This document shows positions 58,140-64,000 of a stretch of 64,000 nucleotides of DNA, one piece after another. The translations under genes were made by a program, and so were the position numbers. How positions within the stretch are numbered: the first letter of the stretch is position 1; every line of letters starts with the position of its first letter. The notes beneath the pieces were generated by a model, which ran no database searches, had not been told where the DNA came from, and saw nothing but the letters and a program-made list of their open reading frames with translations. This stretch comes from Acidimicrobiaceae bacterium (GTDB lineage: Bacteria > Actinomycetota > Acidimicrobiia > Acidimicrobiales > RAAP-2): NCBI GenBank assembly GCA_025350565.1, contig JANXXO010000034.1, forward strand, positions 30,577-94,576. Direction: 5' to 3'.

Positions 58140-58224
58140 GCTTTATCCTTTACCTTGATAGTGCTCGACCCCCTAGGGAATCCTAATGTTTTCTGCGTGT
58201 TGCGGACGCGAAGGCCAACTCGCT

Positions 58225-58662
58225 CTATGAGTGACGACCACGCTGGCGGTCCGCGGCTTCGGTCGCGAGGACATCGACGAAGTCGTTCATCGTGTCCCCA
58301 GAGTGGCCCTTCACCCACGAGAAGGTCACCTCACGCGGCGTGTTGAGCACGAGAGCGAAAAGCTCCTCCCAGAGGTCGCGATTGGCCACCGGCTTACCCT
58401 GGGAGTTCTTCCAACCTCGTCGCAGCCAGCCCGCGTGCCAGCGCTCGTTGAAGCATTTCACGACGTAGGAGGAATCGCTGACGATCTCGATGGGACTCTC
58501 ATCGTTCTCGCGCAACGCCTCAATGACCGCGAGCACTTCCATGCGCTGGTTGGTCGTGTGGGCCGCGGCGCCGCTCGCGAATTCGTCGCGGCCGCTCGCC
58601 CACGCCCAGCCGCCCGGTCCTGGATTACCGCGGCAGGCGCCGTCGGTATGAATCTGCTTCAT
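58225..58662 (-). CDS. rnhA: Ribonuclease HI
   Basis: TDGACRGNPGPGG, TNQRME, DSSYV and WVKGHSG..N..VD motifs. Confidence 0.95.
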   Translation of the reverse strand: MKQIHTDGACRGNPGPGGWAWASGRDEFASGAAAHTTNQRMEVLAVIEALRENDESPIEIVSDSSYVVKCFNERWHAGWLRRGWKNSQGKPVANRDLWEELFALVLNTPREVTFSWVKGHSGDTMNDFVDVLATEAADRQRGRHS

Positions 58663-59117
58663 GGGGTGCGAGTGACCCAGGAATCTGTCTCGGCGGTGAA
58701 TCTCGTGACGGTGTCGGGCAACTCGCCCCGCAGCACTTGACCGAGGGTGACGTGTTCGAGCACTTCACGAAGCGCGCCGCGAACGGCGATCCATACCTCG
58801 CGAAGGTTTTTTGCGTCGCCCTCGTAAAGCAAGGTCTCGGGTCGCATACCGCGAACGCCGGCCATTGGGCCACTCACCACGCGCAGAATGTCGGCGATCG
58901 AAATCTGATCGGCGTCGCGCGCCAACTTGAAGCCGCCTTCGGGACCGCGCTGGCTCGTGACCAGGCCTCCTCGACGGAGGTCCGAAAGTATGGCCCCCAG
59001 AAACTTCGCGGGCAAGTCCTGTTCGTGCGCCAAATGCTCGGCGCTGACCGAGGCGTCACTGGCGGCCAAACTGAGCAGGGCACGAATTGCGTAATCGGCC
59101 TTGGCGGGAATCTGCAT
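58659..59117 (-). CDS. Rrf2 family transcriptional regulator without Fe-S cysteines
   Basis: KADYAIRAL and GLVTSQRGPEGGFKLAR motifs; no Cys in the protein. Confidence 0.9.
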   Translation of the reverse strand: MQIPAKADYAIRALLSLAASDASVSAEHLAHEQDLPAKFLGAILSDLRRGGLVTSQRGPEGGFKLARDADQISIADILRVVSGPMAGVRGMRPETLLYEGDAKNLREVWIAVRGALREVLEHVTLGQVLRGELPDTVTRFTAETDSWVTRTP

Positions 59118-59182
59118 GCTTCCATTCTGCCCCACCCGCACGTGCGGCGGTGCCGGAGGCGGGGGACTTCTAGGGTGAGTGG

Positions 59183-59830
59183 GTGAACCAACTGAACACT
59201 CGCCACCTCTACCTCTGCGTGCCCGTGCGCGAGGACATTGAATCGTTCCTCGCCGACGTCCTGCGCGGTGGGGTGGACGTCGTGCAACTCCGCGATAAGG
59301 AAGTTGACCTTGCCCGCCAACGCGCCTGCGCCGAACTCATGGCGCCAATCTGTCGGAGTTTTGGCGTACCCTTCATCATCAACGACTCGCCAGAGCTCGC
59401 CCTCGGCGTGGGCGCCGACGGGGTGCACGTGGGCCAAGAGGACGTCACGGTGCAGCACTGTCGTGAACTGCTTGGTCCCGACGCCATCGTGGGACTGTCG
59501 ACGCATTCGCGCGACGAGTTTGACGCGGCCCTTGATCAATCGGCTACCTACTTCAGTGCCGGACCCATCGCCGCGACGCCCACCAAGCCGGGGCGACGCG
59601 GTACGGGTGTCGCCTACGCCGTCCAGAGCCAAGCGCGAAGTGACCGACCGGTCTTCGTGACCGGCGGCGTCAACGCACGCAACGTCGCAAAACTGGTCGA
59701 GGACGGGCTGCGACACTTCGTCGTCGTGCGTGCCCTCACGCAGTCCCCTCGTCCCGAATGGTCGGCGCGCGAACTTCGGCGCGCCCTCGATGAGGCACTC
59801 TCAACGGTGCCGGTCGAGCCAACCCAATAA
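59183..59830 (+). CDS. thiE: Thiamine-phosphate synthase
   Basis: VQLRDK, IIND, ADGVHVGQED, GLSTH and TPTKP motifs. Confidence 0.93.
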   Translation: MNQLNTRHLYLCVPVREDIESFLADVLRGGVDVVQLRDKEVDLARQRACAELMAPICRSFGVPFIINDSPELALGVGADGVHVGQEDVTVQHCRELLGPDAIVGLSTHSRDEFDAALDQSATYFSAGPIAATPTKPGRRGTGVAYAVQSQARSDRPVFVTGGVNARNVAKLVEDGLRHFVVVRALTQSPRPEWSARELRRALDEALSTVPVEPTQ

Positions 59831-60547
59831 CGTCGCCACCATTCGCGGATCGGCGCGGAGTTGGTGTCCGGCTCCTTGAATGAGGCGAAGTTCCGCCCGG
59901 CCATCGGCCGCCGCCACGAGGTCTCTCGCGTCGTGTGGGGGGATCTCAATGTCCTCGGTACCGTGACCCACCATCAGCCGACGCGGAGGGATCTTCGCGA
60001 TCGAGACCAGCGGATCGATGGCGAAGACGTCATCGCGCAACTCTTCGGCCGTCAGCAGTTCACGCTCGTCGCCCACCACGCCGGCGACCTGCACAGCTCG
60101 GCGAAACTCGTCCGCGCTTCCGCACCACGGCTCTAAGTGGGCCGGCGTCGCGAAAGTAGCGACGCCCTTGATTCGTTCGTCGTCGGCCGCCGCCGCGAGC
60201 GCCAACGCACCGCCGAAACCGAAGCCGGCCATAGAGATCTTGCGATCACCCAGTTGCACGCGGCTGAGAATCTGTTGAAGATCCGCTCGCCACTGCGTGG
60301 CAGAGAAGGTTCCGGTGCTGCCGCCCACGCCGGACAGGGTGCCCGTCGCCACCATCCATCCCGATTCGGTCGCGAGGTGTTCCGCCAGCTCCGGCAAGAG
60401 TCCCGCCGCTTGACGTCCCATGCCCATAGCGCGCGGCAGTCCGTGCACGACGACCAGGACGTGACTGGCGACCGGTCGAGCGCTCGACGTGGCAATGCGC
60501 AAGTCGAGCAGTGACGTACCGCTTTCGAGTTGCTCGTGGACGAGCAC
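59801..60547 (-). CDS. Alpha/beta hydrolase-fold protein lacking the nucleophile Ser
   Basis: VVHGLP, GFGFGG elbow, HGTED and GAGH motifs. Confidence 0.7.
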   Translation of the reverse strand: MLVHEQLESGTSLLDLRIATSSARPVASHVLVVVHGLPRAMGMGRQAAGLLPELAEHLATESGWMVATGTLSGVGGSTGTFSATQWRADLQQILSRVQLGDRKISMAGFGFGGALALAAAADDERIKGVATFATPAHLEPWCGSADEFRRAVQVAGVVGDERELLTAEELRDDVFAIDPLVSIAKIPPRRLMVGHGTEDIEIPPHDARDLVAAADGRAELRLIQGAGHQLRADPRMVATLLGWLDRHR

Positions 60548-60553
60548 GCGGCG

Positions 60554-61669
60554 CTAGATGCCCAAGCGCTGCGCCAGCAGTTCGCGGTGGTAGGCCGGAT
60601 CGCCTAAGAACAGTTCCGAACTCTTCGCGCGCTTGAAGTAGAGGTGAGCGTGGTGCTCCCAGGTGAAGCCAATGCCACCGTGAATTTGGATGTTCTCCGC
60701 CGCGCAGTGAAAGTAGGCCTCGGAGCAGAACGACTTCGCGAGCGACGCAGCGATGGCCAGTTCGTCGTTCTGTTCCTGCGCCGCCCAGGCGGCGTAGTAG
60801 GCCGCTGACTTGGCCGACTCGACATCGAGCAGCATGTCGGCGCACTTGTGCTTGATGGCTTGGAACGAACCGATTGGTCGGCCGAACTGCACACGATTCT
60901 TCGCGTACTCGACCGAATTGGTGAGCACGCGCTGCGCCCCACCGACTTGTTCGGCGGCGAGTGCGGCAGCCGCCACCTGCAAGGTGATTTGGAGACCGTC
61001 AAGCGCCCCCCCGTTCGTCCCGACCAGCGTGGCCGGTGCGTTGGTGAAGACCACTCGGCTCTGCTTGCGCGTCTGATCCATCGTCGAGAGCGATTCGCGC
61101 GCCACGCCCGACGCCGTACCTTCCACGGCGAACAGTGAGAGGCCGAGGTCGGTCATGGCGGGCACGAAGATCACGTTGGCGACGTTGCCGTCGGTCACGT
61201 AACTGCGCACGCCGTTGACCACGTAGTGGTCGCCCGAGGCCGTCGCGGTAGTGGACGTAGTGGTGAGATCCCAGAGCCCGTCGTCGTCGGTGAGCGCGAC
61301 CGTCGCAATGGTGGCTCCGGAAGCAATCCCGGGCAAGTACTTGGCCTTATCTTTTTCGTTGCCGACGAAGAGGACGGCGTTAGCCGCCAAGGCGACGGTC
61401 GAAAAGTAGGGCGAACAAAAAAGCGCCGCGCCCATCTCTTCGAAGACCACGTAGAGTTCGACCGGACCAAAGCCTTGGCCCCCAAACTCTTCGGGAATGC
61501 CGAGTCCCTGCAGTGCCAACTCTTTCGCCATCTGCTCCCAAACGGCGGTGTCGTATCCCTCGGGCGTGGCCATGAGTCGCCGGACTTCGGACTCGGGCGA
61601 CTTCTCCTCGAGAAAGCGCTTGACCATCTTGCGGAGTTCCTCTTGTTCGTCGCTGAATCCAAAATTCAT
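60554..61669 (-). CDS. Acyl-CoA dehydrogenase (FadE-like)
   Basis: MNFGFSDEQEEL, R.QFGRPIGSFQAIKHK and QIHGGIGFTWEH motifs. Confidence 0.92.
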   Translation of the reverse strand: MNFGFSDEQEELRKMVKRFLEEKSPESEVRRLMATPEGYDTAVWEQMAKELALQGLGIPEEFGGQGFGPVELYVVFEEMGAALFCSPYFSTVALAANAVLFVGNEKDKAKYLPGIASGATIATVALTDDDGLWDLTTTSTTATASGDHYVVNGVRSYVTDGNVANVIFVPAMTDLGLSLFAVEGTASGVARESLSTMDQTRKQSRVVFTNAPATLVGTNGGALDGLQITLQVAAAALAAEQVGGAQRVLTNSVEYAKNRVQFGRPIGSFQAIKHKCADMLLDVESAKSAAYYAAWAAQEQNDELAIAASLAKSFCSEAYFHCAAENIQIHGGIGFTWEHHAHLYFKRAKSSELFLGDPAYHRELLAQRLGI

Positions 61670-61758
61670 CGTTGTCCCTCTCGCCTGCTGGGCGCTACGC
61701 CCGGTCACTGCGACTTTACTCAACCGTGAACGCACGCGGCCACGTGGCAGTCTGAGGT

Positions 61759-62376
61759 ATGGATAACGTGGAACTGGTCTGGTCGGACGCGCTCGCCGAA
61801 GTGCACCGCTTCGTTGTGGGCCCGGTCGAAAATAACGTCTACGTGGTGCGCTGTCGGCGAACGGGCGAAGCGACCCTGCTCGACGCCGCCAACGAACACG
61901 ACCGACTTCTACGCGTGGCCACCCGTCTTGGCGTCACGTCGGTTCTCGAGACCCACGGTCACTGGGACCACATTGGCGCCGTCGAACAGGTGCGAGAGGC
62001 GGGCATCGACGTCTGGGTGCGTGAAGAGGACTCGGCGATGCTACCCAGTTACGACCATCTCCTCGATGACGACGTGGTGCGTTCGGTCGGCGATCTTCGC
62101 CTTCGCACCGTGCACACTCCCGGACACACCCGCGGCAGTATCTGTTTTGCCCTGGAAGGCACGCCCATGCTCTTCACCGGCGACACGCTCTTTCCCGGTG
62201 GGCCCGGGAACACCACCTTCGAGGGCGGCGACTTCGCCACTATCGTCACCTCTATCGACGAGCGACTGCTTCGCGTCTTTGGCGACGAGACGACGATTTG
62301 GCCGGGCCACGGCCCCGAGTCAACGATCGGCGCGGAACGCCCCCACCTCGACGAATGGGTCGCGCGCGGCTGGTAA
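61759..62376 (+). CDS. MBL-fold metallo-hydrolase (glyoxalase II-like)
   Basis: THGHWDH, HTPGHT, FTGDTLF and WPGHG motifs. Confidence 0.92.
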   Translation: MDNVELVWSDALAEVHRFVVGPVENNVYVVRCRRTGEATLLDAANEHDRLLRVATRLGVTSVLETHGHWDHIGAVEQVREAGIDVWVREEDSAMLPSYDHLLDDDVVRSVGDLRLRTVHTPGHTRGSICFALEGTPMLFTGDTLFPGGPGNTTFEGGDFATIVTSIDERLLRVFGDETTIWPGHGPESTIGAERPHLDEWVARGW

Positions 62377-62411
62377 TTCTGGTCAATGGCCCGTTTTCGA
62401 CCGGTAGGCTC

Positions 62412-63176
62412 GTGGCCGTGTCGACGCCCCTTCTAGAACTTCGGAACCTTCACGCGCAGGCCGACGGCAATTCCATTCTTCGAGGCGTGGACCTCATCGT
62501 GCGCGACGGCGAAGTGCACGCGTTGATGGGTCCCAACGGGGCCGGAAAGTCCACCTTGGCCAACGTCGTCATGGGTCACCCCGGCTACGTCGTTACCGCG
62601 GGCGAGATCCTGCTCAACGGCGAGAACATCGCCGCGTGGACGCCCGACGAGCGCGCGCGCAAAGGCATCTTCCTCGCCTTTCAATATCCCGAGGCCATCG
62701 GCGGGGTCTCCGTGGTCCAGTTCTTGCGCCAAGCCATTGCCGCGCGAAAAGACCTCCAGGAACTGAGCATCCTCGAAGTCCGTCTCGACCTCGCCGAATG
62801 GATGGACCGCCTGGGCATGGACCCAGCCTTCGCCGAGCGTCACCTGAACGATGGCTTTAGTGGTGGCGAACGAAAGCGCAACGAAGTCCTACAAATGGCC
62901 CTCCTCGAGCCGATGATTGCCTTCCTCGACGAGACGGACTCGGGACTCGACATTGACGCTCTGCGCATCGTGGCCAACGGCGTGCGCACGATTCGAAGCG
63001 AGCACCCCGCCATGGGCGTCGTGGTGGTCACCCACTACGTGAAACTGCTCGAAGAGATCGAGCCCGATCACGTGCACATCTTGGTGGACGGACAGATAGT
63101 CCACTCGGCCGGTCCCGAACTGGCCCAATCGATCGAACTCGACGGCTACGACGCGTGGCGTCCGGTCGCGACGTGA
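62412..63176 (+). CDS. sufC: Fe-S cluster assembly ATPase SufC
   Basis: MGPNGAGKST, FLAFQYP, GFSGGERKRNE and LDETDSGLDIDAL motifs. Confidence 0.95.
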   Translation: MAVSTPLLELRNLHAQADGNSILRGVDLIVRDGEVHALMGPNGAGKSTLANVVMGHPGYVVTAGEILLNGENIAAWTPDERARKGIFLAFQYPEAIGGVSVVQFLRQAIAARKDLQELSILEVRLDLAEWMDRLGMDPAFAERHLNDGFSGGERKRNEVLQMALLEPMIAFLDETDSGLDIDALRIVANGVRTIRSEHPAMGVVVVTHYVKLLEEIEPDHVHILVDGQIVHSAGPELAQSIELDGYDAWRPVAT

Positions 63177-64000
63177 CGAGTTTCAGCGCTCGTCGCGTAC
63201 GCGCCGACATCCCACAACTCAACCGCCTCATCTACGACCGCCCGATCACGTACCTCGACTCGGCATCGACCTCCCTGCAGCCCAACGCGGTGATCGACGC
63301 CATGAGTCGCTACTACCAGCTTCGCCACGCCAACGTCCACCGCGCGGTCTACCAAACGGCCAGCGAAGCCACGGCGGCCTACGAAGGGGCTCGCGAATCG
63401 GTGGCGCACTTCATCAATGCGCCGGGCGGCGCGGGCGAGATCGTGTTCACGAAGAACGCCACCGAGTCCTTCAACCTTCTCGCGAAATCGTGGGGCGCCA
63501 AGAACCTGGCCTCGGGTGACGTGGTACTGGTCAGCGAGATGGAGCACCACGCCAATATCGTGCCGTGGTTCCAACTCCGAGAGACAACCGGGATCGAGGT
63601 CCGTTTTATTCCGGTCACCGACGACTATCGGCTCGACCTCTCACGCAGTGAGGAGTTGATGCGGGGCGTCAAACTCCTCTCCGTGGCCGGCATGAGCAAC
63701 GTGCTCGGCACCATCAACCCCATTGGCGAACTGGCCGCGCTGGCCCACCGTCACGGAGCACTCATCGCCGTGGACGGCGCGCAGTCCGTGGCCCACTCGG
63801 CGACCGACGTGGTGGCGCTCGACATTGACTTTCTCATCTTCACGGGTCACAAGATGCTCGGACCGACCGGCATTGGCGTCTTTTGGACGCGCGAGGACAT
63901 CTTGCACACAATGCCGCCCTTCCTCGGCGGTGGCGGCATGATCGCCGACGTGCGCACCGACGGCTACACGCCGGCGAACGGTCCCACCCGTTTCGAAGCG
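63173..64000 (+). CDS. sufS: SufS-type cysteine desulfurase, runs off window end
   Basis: Read manually from GTG 63173: YLDSASTS, ANVHR, FTKNATE, EMEHHANIVPW, DGAQS, GHKMLGPTGIG. Confidence 0.93.
   Translation, partial: MTSFSARRVRADIPQLNRLIYDRPITYLDSASTSLQPNAVIDAMSRYYQLRHANVHRAVYQTASEATAAYEGARESVAHFINAPGGAGEIVFTKNATESFNLLAKSWGAKNLASGDVVLVSEMEHHANIVPWFQLRETTGIEVRFIPVTDDYRLDLSRSEELMRGVKLLSVAGMSNVLGTINPIGELAALAHRHGALIAVDGAQSVAHSATDVVALDIDFLIFTGHKMLGPTGIGVFWTREDILHTMPPFLGGGGMIADVRTDGYTPANGPTRFEA

Noticed and set aside
1-64000. CRISPR arrays, rRNA/tRNA genes, IS elements, integrases, and the many overlapping 60-300 aa ORFs in the track
   Set aside because: I saw no regularly spaced repeats, RNA gene signatures, DDE or recombinase motifs. 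The extra ORFs are alternative-frame or antisense products expected in high-GC DNA.

Overview
High-GC (roughly 64-65% by eye) actinobacterial chromosome segment. Acidimicrobiia is plausible but is an inference from gene content: F420 genes cofC and ddn, PafBC, a prfB without a frameshift, and actinobacterial synteny of secA-wbbL-rmlD-birA-accA and lpd-E2-lipB-lipA. Most of the window is housekeeping: peptide ABC transporter, rnhB, moaC, tldD/pmbA, dxs, ftsEX, prfB, secA, acyl-CoA carboxylase, methylmalonyl-CoA mutase, moeB, pepA, metH, lipoate/Lpd cluster, rnhA, thiE, sufC-sufS. I saw no rRNA, tRNA, CRISPR array, integrase or transposase. The most unusual locus is 7.1-11.6 kb. There an orphan fused PafBC (double WYL) regulator lies directly upstream of a helicase-less MOBF/TrwC-type relaxase. 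The relaxase converges on, and overlaps, a membrane-anchor-less VirD4-like ATPase, and no mating-pore genes are present. Other notable items: a lower-GC island (23.5-30.8 kb) with a two-component system, a NAGPA-like protein and an extracytosolic flavinylation/ferric-reductase module; a 43-bp inverted copy of lpdA sequence inserted at a pseudogene junction 5 kb away; a LipB-LipA fusion next to an E2 with a degenerate active site; and a MetH whose GGCC zinc motif reads GGYC. All product calls come from motif recognition only, with no database searches.
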